Assembly (NCBI GenBank): GCA_964199315.1
Contig: OZ116711.1
Location: forward strand, 22,506,001-22,570,000
DNA: 64,000 nucleotides
Origin: Orbicella franksi
Lineage: Eukaryota
Reading direction: 5' to 3'
The notes under the pieces are model-generated. The model was given only the letters and a program-made list of their open reading frames with translations. It made no database searches and had not been told where the DNA came from. Position numbers and translations under genes: made by a program. Below, one piece after another: positions 1 to 12,784 of this stretch (the stretch's first letter is position 1; every line of letters starts with the position of its first letter).

Positions 1-514
1 TAATTAGAAGTGAAATTTCCAGATGATTCCCTATCGGATATGTATAAAGCGTGTTTATCTGCATGTGAATTCTGAATAAATATTTTACAAAATGGAACAA
101 AAATTTTGAACACGTACTGTTTTTCTCGGCATCATTATGGCAGAAATCTCCTAACAAATAATTATTAGGTAATAACATTAATTTCTCTCTTTTATGTCTT
201 TTGAGGTGCTAAATTGAAAAACCAAAAAATGACTGATTTCATTTTACATGGCCAATGTGGGAAGAGACAAAATTGAACAAATAATGAACCAGCTAGTAAA
301 CACTCGTGTAAGGAAAAACCTTGTCGCCACCTTTCCTTCTAGGTAAATAAAACCAAAAATAAAAATTATATCTACTGAGCCACCAGAACATATTTTTCAT
401 TTTATTTTGCGAAAGAGAAACAGAAAGGCTAGGAAAATACGACTGAACGAAGTAAAAATTATTTTACGTTAGGTCAATAAATCGTGATAATTGTGTGAAG
501 GGTTGTATATTCAC

Positions 515-823
515 CTGTAATGCACCTATTTCGTGGTAAATCCATCCAGTGTTCCTAGTAAGTCTATTATCGGCATTGTTGCACGGGTCTTTTAAGCCAG
601 AGTTGTTTAACTCGCATATTTCACCAGAAGAAAAAAAGTTGTAGGAGAAGCACATATCTTCTTTGTCGCACTCTTGAGCACATGAAAACCAGTCAATACC
701 GACATAGGTCTTAAACACATGACCATTAAGTAAGCTGTTGTGCATAGTAAGACCCGCGCTCGAACCAGGAATGCAGTAACACACGAAAAATATTCCAGTC
801 AACCAAGAACGCTGGCGAAGCAT
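515..823 (-). CDS. First coding exon of a secreted PAN/apple-domain protein; remaining exons probably off the left edge
   Basis: ATG at 823-821. Hydrophobic signal-like N-terminus (WLTGIFFVCYCIPGSSA). PAN cysteine pattern CAQECDKEDMCFSYNF...CELN. The frame ends at a CAG|GTGAAT donor at 515/514. Confidence 0.8.
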
Positions 824-3314
824 AGTCGCACTGACTTTTAAAGTGTAAATTTGAGGATGAATGTCAGAGAGTTAAGGAAACTATCCGTTAACGGGCCCAC
901 CACTTAATCCTCAAGCTAATAGATTTCTTGAACGCGCTATCTTTAATTTTCTTGCAGCTAACGAATTCATCAGACATGCCTTAGAATTCTGCTTGCCGTT
1001 GATTGGTGGAGAGGATGTCATTGAGCTCGTCTGTCTTAAAAAGTGATAGCAACTGTAATTATGCAAACATCGAGCTTCCAAAAAAATAATGAAGGTGACT
1101 TTAATATAAATGGTAATATCGTCTACTGATGTCCCTTTTGTTGACAATGCCATGCACCATTCTGCAACTGATTCATCGAAAATTACTGTGTCTGCTGTGT
1201 TTTTTAATTCCAGATGACTGTTCAGCGGAGTCACAACAACTGAACAAACAGACAACTGTCTTGACACAAACCCGTTTTTTACCTATTTCATCCCTTACAT
1301 TTTTTTTCGGGCTAAACTCGCAGTGTAAGCTCGTACCAAGACATTGTGAACCTGGCCGTGCCATTTGAAACACCGAATTATAAATTTATGGAATAGTGCA
1401 ATTTTTCTCGACGCCTATGTAATTTATGCCAATAGATACAGACGGCTGCAGGGAATAAAGAAGATTATGTCTTTTCTATTCATATACAAGGCATTAAGGC
1501 TCCACCAAAAATTGGGGTTTTTCTCCTGGCGGAAATATCACACGCTTAAATTGAAAGTTGTCTCGGTTTGGCCGAAATTTCAATTTTTTTCGAATGTTTA
1601 CTTTGTCTATCGGCAACGGGTTGACAAAATGAGTAATTTTTATTTATGCGAGGCACCTGTTTTATTTCGGTTTTTTGCTTTGATTTTTCGCTTTTTTTGT
1701 TTTGTTTTGCTTTGTTTTTTGGTTTTCGATCTTTTGTGGATTGCGATCTTTTTATACAAGCGATATAATTTACTGAGTTCTGTACCCTGAGAAGCATTTC
1801 ACCATGGCCTCAAAGAATCTGTGAGTCGGTTCAGTAGTTTTCTCGAGGCATTTATAGAAGTTGGCGGCGAGGGAAACAACTCACTCTATTTAGCGTTTTA
1901 TTATGACCCTAAACTTTAATTTTACTGAACGCAATACTGTGAGCTCTCGAATTTTGCATCGAGATAATGGAAGACCCTACAGAGCCTTTACATGGCCGGT
2001 CACCTCCTACTCGCAAACGCCAAAGTCGTGAGGGATGCTAAAACTTCCTTCCGCCGGTTGTTTGGACAGAACGTGTTAAAACTTTTTTTCTAAATCGATG
2101 AAATGTTAGATTTATTTGATAATCCTCTTCATTTTAATCCATTTCTCTTTCCTACTTAGGCTTTATCGCATTGCACGCATTTATACCTTTGTATTTCGCT
2201 TTTTTATGGTAAATTCTGACGGATGTTTTGAATTCTATTTTTAACAAAGACCATTTATCATTTTATCCATCTTCGAGTTTAAATCATGTACCTTTTGTGT
2301 GCGCAGATAACTTTTAATTCCCGCATGTCATGAAGTTAGGTTTTGCACTTCCTCCGCCTCTTTGCATTAAGTTTCCACCTTATTAGTCGTTGTTTTTGCT
2401 CTAAGCAGTTTGTGCATTTTGTTGCCCTAGGGAAGGAGGGCTGCCCCAAGAATTTTACAGTTTTGACTTCCGTCACATGATACGCTCTTGTGTTTAAAAG
2501 TTGTCTGATCTTGAAAAGTGCATTTCATTTGGGGGTGGGCACGGGGGGGGGGGGGCAGGGGTAAGGGTTTAATATCGTTCTTTGTTAGTCACTGGCATTA
2601 CATTCTAGCGTGGTACTGTAACCTGCATATTGTCATACAAAAAAATCTTGCTCGGTCGGTTTTGTCGCAAGCGGACTGGTAATTAGAGTTTCACGCGCCG
2701 TTTTTCAGAATATTCCGGCTCATTTTTTAAGGGAAGGGAATCGTTCAATATACTGTTTTTCTGGAGGTTCCACATAGATAAGATGTTTGCAAGGTGCACA
2801 TAGTTGTTGGCATCGTTGACAAGGTTTTCGTTCAGTCTTTGTAAACTCTCTGTCTCGCGACGCGAAACTCGCTAGCGTTGACCAACATAAAATGACCAAG
2901 CAGTTTTATCTTTTCTGTTTTGAGCCAGTTAAACTAATTTAACTTAAAGAGTGAAGCAATTAAAGAAATGTGTTACACATTGATGTCTCGTGAGAGTTTG
3001 AAAAGTAAACAAAAACACTGCAACTTTCCAGACTGCAAACTGTAATTAAATTGATTTGAAAGCAAAGTTATTGAGGTTATTTAAACAAACACGAAACCAG
3101 CCGTCAATGGTATGCATGCCTTTGTAGAGAAGACTAAAGACTCGCTGTCAAGCTTTAAAGTTAGACAACATCAAGCAAAGACGATTAACAAAGAAATTAA
3201 ACGGCAGCATAATTAGAATTGAGCGTGATTTAGCAAAGAAAGTTGCGCGCAGTCTCAAAAAAGAGAAAGAGGACTCGTAAAGCACGTTTGCTGAAATTCC
3301 GTGAGAGAATTCCA

Positions 3315-6300
3315 ATGGCTCCTGTGTCTAACACAACGAAAGCACGGGCTACTTCTCCCGAAGGTAAAACAAAGTGTTCTTTAATGTCTCTTGGGCTACT
3401 GTGCTAAATATAATAGCAAAGAATAGTCTAACTGCTAATAGGAATAGAAAGAGAGTGGATTATTACTGTAATTCGAAAGTTTCATGGAGAGTGTAGTGAG
3501 ACAGCTGTAAACTGTTCCTGAGAAAGTTTGACCTCCAACAGTAAACAGAACTTTACTCCGAAATTCGACGTCAAGTTTAACTGACCCAACACGTCTTCGG
3601 GTCATACGTATTTCGCAGGAATTGCTCTGTGACATCGTCAAATATATCGGTTTGGAATTAAGCGAAGTCCTTTCTACGGAGTAGTTGTAACAGTTGTCTT
3701 GTTGTCCAAAAGTTTTGCAAATTTCTGACATGCCTGTCGCTAGCTTGACCGCATTAACATTAACTTTAGTTACTAAGCAGTACAGCCGACACCACGGGAC
3801 ATCATTTTACGTGTCAAAAGTACGCTTTATCTGTATTATTTAAGTTAGTTTGTGGACAGTTCAGGGCTTTAAAGTATGTTATGACTGTGGCCATCTTTAA
3901 CTAGGAAGAAGATAGCTTTTGCCATGAAACAGTTCATTGAGCTTTCAGTGGTTCAAAATTAAAAGCTGACAAAAATATGTTTGACTTGAAGAGTGCCAAA
4001 CTCTTTGTCATATGTTGTCGCTCTGGTACATTAAGTATGTTTCACCAAGTATTTCTACCAAATCTCCGTAGTATATTACTTTTACTTAAGACCCAATTAT
4101 GCCATCGTTTTCACGGTCACAATAAACTCAGCATGTGCGCATGAAATCAGACGAACGAGAAAAGTGGAATTTGATTTGAGCCATAAGTGAACCCGCGCAA
4201 TTCATCCTGCCGATATGTAACACTTATTCTACGAGCGCGCGTTCGATATAAGAGATGGTAGATGACCAACGAGGCGCGTAGAGAAGAGTTCGCTATAATT
4301 ATCTTATGTCAAAAACAGGCGCGAGTGGAATAATTGTTTTATTAAAAACGTCCCTCCCCCCCCCCCCCCCAGACTTAAATAGAAATAAAAACGCCCAAAG
4401 AATCACGCGTTCGCTTTCCATATTTCTGCAGCATGGTACAATGGCTCATAACCCATGATGGCTCAGCCATTAAAAACTCTTGAATTGATCCAGTTTTTCA
4501 TAATTTATTCTATTTATCACAGTGTAGCTTACTGTACTTAAGACCTCGCTGAGAGTGTGTTTATCTACCACTTTAGTGGTGAATTTGTTTCCCTTTGATT
4601 CAGGTGACCCCAATAAAATAAAAGAGTTCGTGGAGACTACGATAACCATTGAAAAGGAAACGGCGGGCCTCGGGCTTGGAATTGTGGGTGGATCTGATAC
4701 CTATCTGGTAAGTAAATATTCGAGATATTAATTTTGTCAGTTTATATGGACACGGTTATTGAATGAAGTGGTGACTTACTATAACTAAGTATTGTGTTCA
4801 GACAATAACGTAATGAACTTATTTAAAAGAATAATATATAAACAGTTTCGATTTTAAACTAGATTTAGATTTTAATAGTGCAAAAATTTTCTAGTAAATA
4901 ACAGAACAGGGAAAAAGAATGCTTCTGAAAGCATAGTTTTAACAATGACAACGTTTGAAATTATAACTTTAAAATGTTTCGGCTTCTTTGAGGCCACTGA
5001 TCGTTTGTTTATAACGTGTTGCATTACTTTCATTTTCTTGTTTTTAGTTGTTGTTGTCGTTTTGTCAGTGGGGTGGGGGTGGGGACTTTTTAAGTACCAA
5101 AAGTCACATCTTTTCTACTCCCCGCCTCCTCCTCCTCCAACTCCCCCTCCCCCATAGTCCTTATAGCATTCCTACCGAGGGCAATGATTTCAACTGAAGT
5201 GATTAGCTATATGCTCTCAACCAATGAGGATATGAACATATAATATGGTGTGCAGTAAAGTCCTCAGATGCATTTGTGACAAAGTGCCTCTGTTTTATAA
5301 AAACTCTTTTATTTTAATCGTAATGTCTCGACGAGGCAGGGTAACCTTTTGCATTTGCTAAGAGTACGGACTGAAGCAGCGAAAAAGTCTTTATTATTCT
5401 GGATGCCAAATTTTTAACTGTTTTAAAAGTATGTGAATTTAATTTTCTTATTATATATATGAAATTTTAACTTTAATCTTAGTAGTTTTATTTCTAAGCA
5501 TATTGTAAGTTTTGTAAATTTTTATTATTATTATTATTATTTTTAGCAGGGGTCATTGATAGCTTTTTTATCTATCGATAGCTTTTTTTCATAGAGCTGA
5601 CAGAGTTACCCTGACAAAATATAGATTTACTTACTTACTATAATAAAGAGTTTGCAAACCTGACATTACTTTACTGTCTAGGGAGGGATAGTAATAAACG
5701 TCATTGAGCCAGGAGGCGCGGCGGCTAAGGACGGGAGAGTAGCAGTTGGAGACCAGATCATTTTGGTAAATTAATTTACCTCTTGTGTATTCATTATGGT
5801 ATCCAGGAAAAATACAAAATCATATTTTTGTATATATTCATGCATTCAGCATACAAATTCAGCTTTCAGGCCTCCATACAGTTCTTATTAAAATACCCCA
5901 AAGATTCTGATGACTGATTCTGTACCCACATTGTGTGGAGACACCGGGCTGTAGCCAGTATGAGGCAAACCAGTGCACTTGCCTCAGTAAGTTTTTTTTC
6001 ATTTTTGTTGGTTTCCGTTTTGAAGGGGAAAAGTAAAATATTGTTAAATAACTAGGCAGATAATTTAACCATGCATGAGCGTTGCGTCAGTCAATTTTTT
6101 TTTTCTGGCGACGGCCCTGAAACGTGATGTTTATTTTAAGAAAATTTCTCCTGTTTGTGTCTTAAGGTAAACGGCGCGAGCCTACGACAAATGAATCATA
6201 AGAATGCGGTTTCCGCTCTGAGGCTAGCGTCATCTCCCGTGAAGCTAACTATTCTACGAGAGGAGCCTGAAAAGATTTTCACTTCAACTGAAGGTAAATA

Positions 6301-9300
6301 ATTACTGCGGCTATTTCACAAAGTGCATTTAAGAAAAAAGAGTCTTGAAGTTTTCCTGATTGACTACCTGACTGCCTGACTGACTGACTGACTGACCGAC
6401 CGACCGACTGACCGACCGACCGACTGACTGACTGACTGACTGACCGACTGACTGACTCTTTAATTTACTCTATTGCACACCATATTATACCATTTACACT
6501 CATATCTAAAGCTATCTCTTTTTCTGCTGTTAGAACCATCATTAGTCTTCGAAGTCAAATTAGCGAAACCCATCACTGACTACATAGGACTCAGCGTTCT
6601 CGCAAGAAAGTAAGTCTTAAAGAAACAAACTGATTCACAGCGATAAAAATCGAAGAAGAGAGCATCACTGATAAAAAAAAACCTCATTCATTTCTTGATC
6701 AGCTCTCACAGGTGATGAATAATCAACCAAACTTTTCTTTCTTATTACTCTAGGGACAAGAAAGGCGTGTTCGTTACTTATGTGGTAAGGTGATTGACAA
6801 GCTGCGTATCATTAACTTACTAACTATCCTGTACTGTAGAACTGAGATATATTTAATTAATTTTATAAATTCCACATTTCAAAACGTTTTTCCAAGAGAG
6901 AAATGCCATAAATTGAGAAAATTTTAAGGTTTTGCCACGTACTATTTCCAGTTTCGTTGTTAATAGTTTCAAAGAACGCTTGATCAACAACCAAAACCTC
7001 TGACGACGAAATAGACAGACAACGTTTATTTAAGCACGATTCTGAATTAAAGCTCAGTAGCTTATGGGGTCGTGTGAGTGGCGATTTGCCTTTAAAAGTA
7101 CATGTAGTATTCCCCAATGTCTTTAGGGACTGATTAGATATACAGTGGAACCTAGGATTGCGACCACCTCTCCTCAGCGACCAGTTTTCCAAAATACTAA
7201 AGTTTCCGAGTCAAATCCCTATATTTGGAACCTCTTGTAAGCAACACCTCTCGTAAGCGACCACGACCATTTTTAGAGCTAAAAGTTTGAAATTCTCTTT
7301 TGTTTTTAACCTCCCGTAAGCGACCACTTCACAGATAACAGAGAGGAAATTGGATAATAAGGCGTTGTAACATCATCGTATTACAAGAGACGGAAATTTT
7401 TCAATGGGAAGAAACGTACTTTTTTTCTTAAAATTGACTTCACATGAATGAAACATTGCATCGGCATTAGCGCATGGGGCAACTCTCTTCAGTTACCATA
7501 TTCTGATGAGGTAAAATTTTGACCTAATTTGCTCTTAAGTCTCGTAGACGACCACCTGGGCTTGACGCGCTATTGAGAGATGATAATTCCTATATTTTTC
7601 TTTAAGTTGTCTTTCCGTGTGTAATCGTTCCCTGCTCCCGCTTGTTCTCGGGGCTGGTCGGCCGACCTGTTTTCTTTTCTGTTCCGTTCTTTTGACTATT
7701 TTATAGAAAAGGCGCAATACAAATAATAAATGTTATTGTTATTGTTATTGTTATTGTTCTCTTCTCATTCTGCCTCTTTTCCTTATAGTCCGAGGACAGC
7801 ATTGCGTACAAGGAGGGATCGATTCATCAGGGAGACAAGCTTCTTGAAGTAAACGGTATAAGTCTCAAGAAAGCAACTCAAGAAGAGGCTTGTAAAGCTT
7901 TGAGGGTGAGTTGAAGAGAACATATTCGTTGAATATGCAGTGTATTGATACAATTAAATACAATTTAACACAGTCACAGAATCATTGAAAACTGAGGACT
8001 CTCAGATTTGACACATTTACTTTTCCGGAAGTTATCCTGGTTGCCCCGCAGTGTATTGAGTAATTTTGTCTTGATATAACAGGACAAAGAAATTTCCTAT
8101 GTGTTGTAGCGATGATCTTTGAGATGTACCATACTCATGTTACAAAGCTATAAAAGATAAATGAAACCGGAGAGAAAATAAAACTTGTTACTTCTTAACA
8201 GCAGTTTTTTATTGATATAATTGTTTTTCTTTCAAATGCAGCGCGCCTACGGAACTGTGAAGCTAAAAGTAGGACGAATTTCATCTTTGTGCTCTTCACT
8301 TTCGCCGTCCAAAACTGAATCATCTTACGTCAATCATGCTCTTGAAGACGATAGAGGTAGCTATACTCTCTTCATTTATTTTCAAAAAAATTCTGAACCG
8401 GCAAATATAAAAATCATTTTCTGGCCTTTCAGGGCTCAGCAAGGAATTCCGGCGGTGGAATAGCTTTGGCTTTGAACAGAAGAGGAAGCGTAAAGTACCA
8501 CGTGACAGTAATAACAAAGTTCCCCCCAGACGACGGTCAGTCAGTTGCCAAGATTATAGCCAGGCCGGGGATATTGACCTTGAAGGACTGGAGCGAGCGT
8601 CTTCCGAACACGACATAAGAGGTTGGTTTGCTTTGCTGGGCTTAACAGTTTTTTCCTAATTTTCAGATTAGGTTTTGACAAATGTTTATCGACACTATTT
8701 TCCGTGTAAAAGGGGTTCGTTCAAGTTCACCTTTTCTAATACGCATCAAGACTCATAAATTTGTTTGGTTTTACTGCCTTTGATGTTTCCATACATAAAA
8801 TCTATACATTTCCCAGGCCCTTAACTTGGAAGTAAAAATCTTCAAAATCTATGCTAATTTAGACTGGGTATCCAAGCCTTCTTCGCGGTTGTGATTTTCT
8901 TTGTTTTAACTTGTTTGGGAGGTTAGATATATTGGTTCTTGGCCAAGCTTGTTCGGTCAAGATAGCTGGATATCGGCCTATGTGTTTTTAGAAAAAGGCG
9001 GAGTAGAGGTCCAGTAAACTCGCAAAAAAAAGAGGCCAAGATCCAGTCATCTTGCACGAACAAATAAATAAAATAAATACATAAACAAGCTTAGTCAAGA
9101 AAGAATTTATTATTTGTCTTTCGGGGAAATGTTTCTTTCGGGACTGAAAACGGGCAGTCCCGAGCTGGCGAGACAGCGCCATCTTGTCTGCTTGGGTAGC
9201 CAATCACAACACAGGATTTGATTCATTTTGTCCGCTCACGGAATTAGCTATACACTTAAGGAAATTATTATGCATCTCGTTTTTCACATCTATAGGCAAC

Positions 9301-10353
9301 AATCAACCCAAAAGAGATAGAAATCACGAGGAGCCACGCCAAGAGAGATTTAGATATATTTACCCAGACCGGATTGAGCTGTCATTTAGACAGCAGCCGA
9401 GTCGACATGGACAATGCTATCAGAAAGAAGGTAACAGCTTTAAAGACGTTTTCTCATGATGAACCTTTGGGGAGCAGGGATGATGCAGAGTGAGAGCGCT
9501 CGCCTCCCACCAATAAGGCCAGGGTTCGATTCTGGTCCGGTCCCATATGTGAACTCAGTTGTCCGATCTCGCCTCTCTCCGAGGGTTTTTCTCCGGGTTG
9601 TCCGGTTTTCCTCCCTCCATAAAAACCAACATCTCCAAATTCCAATTCAACCAGGATAGACGACCTGCATGAAAACTAGCTAAGGCTGCTGTTGCTTCCT
9701 CTGTAATTATTGAGATTTATTGTATTATAACATGATGTTTTCCTAATGACCATTGTAATATCTGCCCAATTACAATGATCCAAAATTAAGGAATAAACCA
9801 ATCACTGAATGCATATAACTGGAAGAAAAAAACAACCAACCAGTTTCAAACACGCAAGAAATCACTGCGAGCCGCGGGAAATAAAGCTAACCGCTGCCAA
9901 GCGCGGGAAAACACGAAACTGACGTCGACGCAGGCGCGTAAGAACGCGTCTGAATGACTTTGGTTTTGATCCTGACAGTTGAAAAACATACCGTTTACCT
10001 TATTTATTCGAAAGAGCGTCGTCCCGTTTTAAGCGCTGCTCTCGAGTAAGCGCCGCATCGGCAAGTCGAAAAATTTGTTAAGCGTCGCGCCGCCGCGTCG
10101 CTCCTTCGAGTTAATACGGTATTCCTGTTCTGATTGGTTACTGGCACGTTGCAAGTCATTTTTTTAATCTGGAAATTAGAAAGCTAAGCAAACGGGAAGT
10201 GAAGTGAAACTCACTGTATTAATTGGCTTAGAATAGGCCATAAGAGAAATATACATTCCTCTGTGCAAAAGCTCTCTATCCCTGTACTCCCACAAAGCTC
10301 TGCTTTACAATGTTACAACCGGTTGTTATTATTGATTTGCAGATTATGTATAA
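3315..10353 (+). CDS. Two-PDZ-domain scaffold protein (~345 aa) resembling the MPDZ/MUPP1-PATJ PDZ10-PDZ11 tandem; 11 exons
   Basis: Phase-compatible GT-AG exons: 3315-3363, 4604-4707, 5682-5765, 6167-6293, 6534-6609, 6754-6784, 7789-7905, 8242-8356, 8433-8621, 9296-9430, 10343-10353. PDZ1: GLGLGIVGGSDTYLGGIVINVIEPGGAAAKDGRVAVGDQIILVNGASLRQMNHKNAVSALRL. PDZ2: YIGLSVLARKDKKGVFVTYV...GDKLLEVNGISLKKATQEEACKALRRAYGTVKLKVGR. Exons 2-8 are secure; exon 1 and the last two are less so. Confidence 0.85.
4230..4505. mobile_element. Degenerate interspersed repeat (non-autonomous DNA element) in PDZ intron 1
   Basis: The motif caacgaggcgcgtag...gcgagtggaataattgttttattaaa resembles a recurrent cnidarian repeat (recognised from memory). 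No coding capacity. Confidence 0.4.
6361..6457. repeat. (CTGA)n/(CCGA)n compound tetranucleotide microsatellite
   Basis: Visible tandem gact/gacc units in the PDZ intron. Confidence 0.95.
9469..9720 (+). mobile_element. tRNA-derived SINE with V-domain-like core
   Basis: tRNA-like head with B-box GGTTCGATTC (9523-9532), central gggtttttctccgggttgtccggttttcctccc similar to the V-SINE core, and an AT-rich tail. Confidence 0.7.
9991..10119. mobile_element. Small TA-flanked MITE (Tc1/mariner/pogo-type)
   Basis: TA|CCGT...ACGG|TA termini with internal taagcg repeats. Confidence 0.55.
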
Positions 10354-10577
10354 AAAGGGGAGTGACAACAACAGTTCCAATTGCCACTGTAATGGGGTGC
10401 AAGCTGGTGTGAACAAGGCAGGGGCACGTTTACGCAAGAAAAAACAGTTATTTCAAACAAAGGAATTACGTGTATCTGAGAGATCGGCAGCTTGACAAAA
10501 AGAGAGGAATCAATTACTTATTTTCTTTTTAAAGTAACAGATGAGAAACTGGTAAATAAACAGAATCAATATTGTGA

Positions 10578-10882
10578 CCCCAGGGGGACTGAATTCCCAT
10601 ATAAAAAGGACAGGGGTGCTTTTCGTACTCTTCAGGGGTCAAAAAAGAGGTTTTTATGGTGTTCAGCCTCGTAACGTCCGCAGCATTTGTCTTTATCGCT
10701 ATCAAAAATTATTACACTGTCAGTAATGAGTTGTTTTAGAATTTGTACATCTTAGGGGTGAAAAAAATTTCAAGCCACGCCCAAAAAATAGGATCTTGGT
10801 AGTCCTTAGGGGTTTTTTCCAAACTTTCGGGCGATCGAGTTCCCCCGTCCTATTTAGATGGGAGTCCCCCCTCCCCACCCCG
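10578..10882. mobile_element. MITE with ~30-bp imperfect terminal inverted repeats
   Basis: ggggact..cccatataaaaaggacagggg versus ccccgtcctatttagatgggagtcccc. Confidence 0.6.
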
Positions 10883-12784
10883 ATTGAGACGTTTTTTTTC
10901 ATGGAGGAGAGTTACTGGACTTGAAGGAGAAGAATGGGTAAGGTATATTTTGAGATGATTACACGTAGAGCCGGGAAACGAAGATTCATAGATTGCACAA
11001 GATAAAGCCAAATAAGTCAATTTCGTATTTGATTGGTACAAAAATATTTCAATGCGATCCTGAAAGTTCATCCACAGACTAGAAAGCTAAAAGCACCTTG
11101 TACAGCTTGATAAACAATATTAAACATGCTGATCAGAACTGCTTGATTTAGCACAGGTTTTTGTTATTTGTTTTGTTTGTTTATCTTTAAATTTTGGCTG
11201 CTCAGTTTTCGTTTATATCATCGCACAGTGGTTTGGTTCTGCTTAAGGATTGGTTCAATGAGCGAAAGAGTTTAATTAGTAAATGAAAGAATTTAAATAA
11301 ATTCGTTCAGGTAACACTACTGTTGTTTCCAATTTCCGACATAGATGCCTTAATTTTCGATCGCGACAGGTGTTGACACAGTTTAAAATTCAAAATACTT
11401 GGAGAAAAACCTTCATTAAGTCCATGGGTGACACAGAATTTCTTTGAAATTGCCTGTTCTTAAAGATTAGCTTTTCTTTCAAGGTTTTGATTGGTATGCT
11501 CCCGTCTCCGTTTCTTAGTGTTTTTTGTGGCATATGTCTATCTTTGCCTTATTTAAGCTCACTCAGTCTGTCGTTTTCTCCGTCAAGTTATTGACTAAAA
11601 AAGCACTTGCCGAAGACAAGGTTTGTTTTAAATTGATTAATTACGACTTTTTCTTGCTTATTTCTAATTAGTGTGTCATTAAGCTAGTTTTATTGCAGAT
11701 ATTGGAATACTTCTCATTTGAGTGGCCCCAAAATGATTAATTTCAACTTAATTCGACCCACCTTCTTTTTTGTGTTATAGTAATATCTTTACGGCCTGTT
11801 TATAACGCAAAACCACGCTGGACACAAAATCAGGTTTTGCTACTGTTGTCGAACAAAACATTATTTGAGCATTTCAGCTGATTCAATATTTTGTATTAAT
11901 CGACTCTTGGAACAAATAAAGACCTGTTCTTTTAAACTTCTGTGACTCAAGTGGTGTTACAAAAGGCTGTAGGACTTCAACATAAATCATTTATGTTGTA
12001 ATCGCACCATACATTAGATTCAAGCCTATTTTAGCACGTAAAATATATAAATGGAAAAGATTTTTCCGACACCTCTTATTTGTTGCTATCGATACAGCGT
12101 AATTTTGTTTCATGTTTTAATCAAATAGCGATTTAATCAGCTGCTCCGACAGTGTTTACTTAAAACCTTACTATATTGAATTAAAACCTTTTTTCCTTTT
12201 GTGGGAAATGGGTAATTCTGACACTTCCAATTTCTTTGTGTAGTTAAAACGTCCTGATATCTCTTTGCGTAATTTAGTTTAACATCTTTTAAGTTTCTGT
12301 GCATAATGTCGATATCTGATGCAGTAACTAAACGCCAATAGGATAACATTGAGACAAACGTTTTAAATTTGAGGCGAGCTCCAACTGAGATGGATCATCC
12401 GTAATCAAAACGAAGAAGACCCGAGAACAACAGAACGTTAACATGCAGGACAATTATTCGTGATAATTTTAAGGCAAAAATGAATTATGTTTTTATGGCA
12501 GTTACCACCGCTAGCCACCAATGAGGTGGAAGAATTAATTAATATCTCTGCTCCTTTGCATCAAGCAGGTGAAAGAGCATCGACCGTCGCAAATTTAACG
12601 ACTTAACCGGCATCAGCACAAAGATTTAGCTATTTCGGCCCTAACGTACAGTTAAGAACGACACTGCTTTAATATCGACTGTTTTAAGGAATTTTTAGTC
12701 GAATTTTTAGCCCAATTTTTTGCGCTTTTCCCCAAGCTCCGGGAGACGTCGTTTTTATGCGAAGAAAACTGTCGGAAGGCGATC

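Noticed and set aside
248-1046. Possible plus-strand exons (248-342 MANVGRDK...; 958-1046 NEFIRHALEF...)
   Set aside because: Their phases are incompatible, there is no recognisable domain, and they would straddle the PAN exon on the opposite strand. Unsupported without RNA data.
911-1267. Minus-strand ORF as a second PAN domain (RCLHNYSCYHF...ACLMNS)
   Set aside because: The cysteine spacing only loosely fits, there is no signal peptide or ATG context, and there is no splice support.
7503-7535. CTGATGA followed by a GGT/ACC stem as a hammerhead
   Set aside because: No GAAA after stem II and no cleavage triplet or stem III.
9469-9540. tRNA genes at the SINE heads (also near 41250-41315)
   Set aside because: Only degenerate A/B boxes, no cloverleaf, and they run straight into SINE core sequence.
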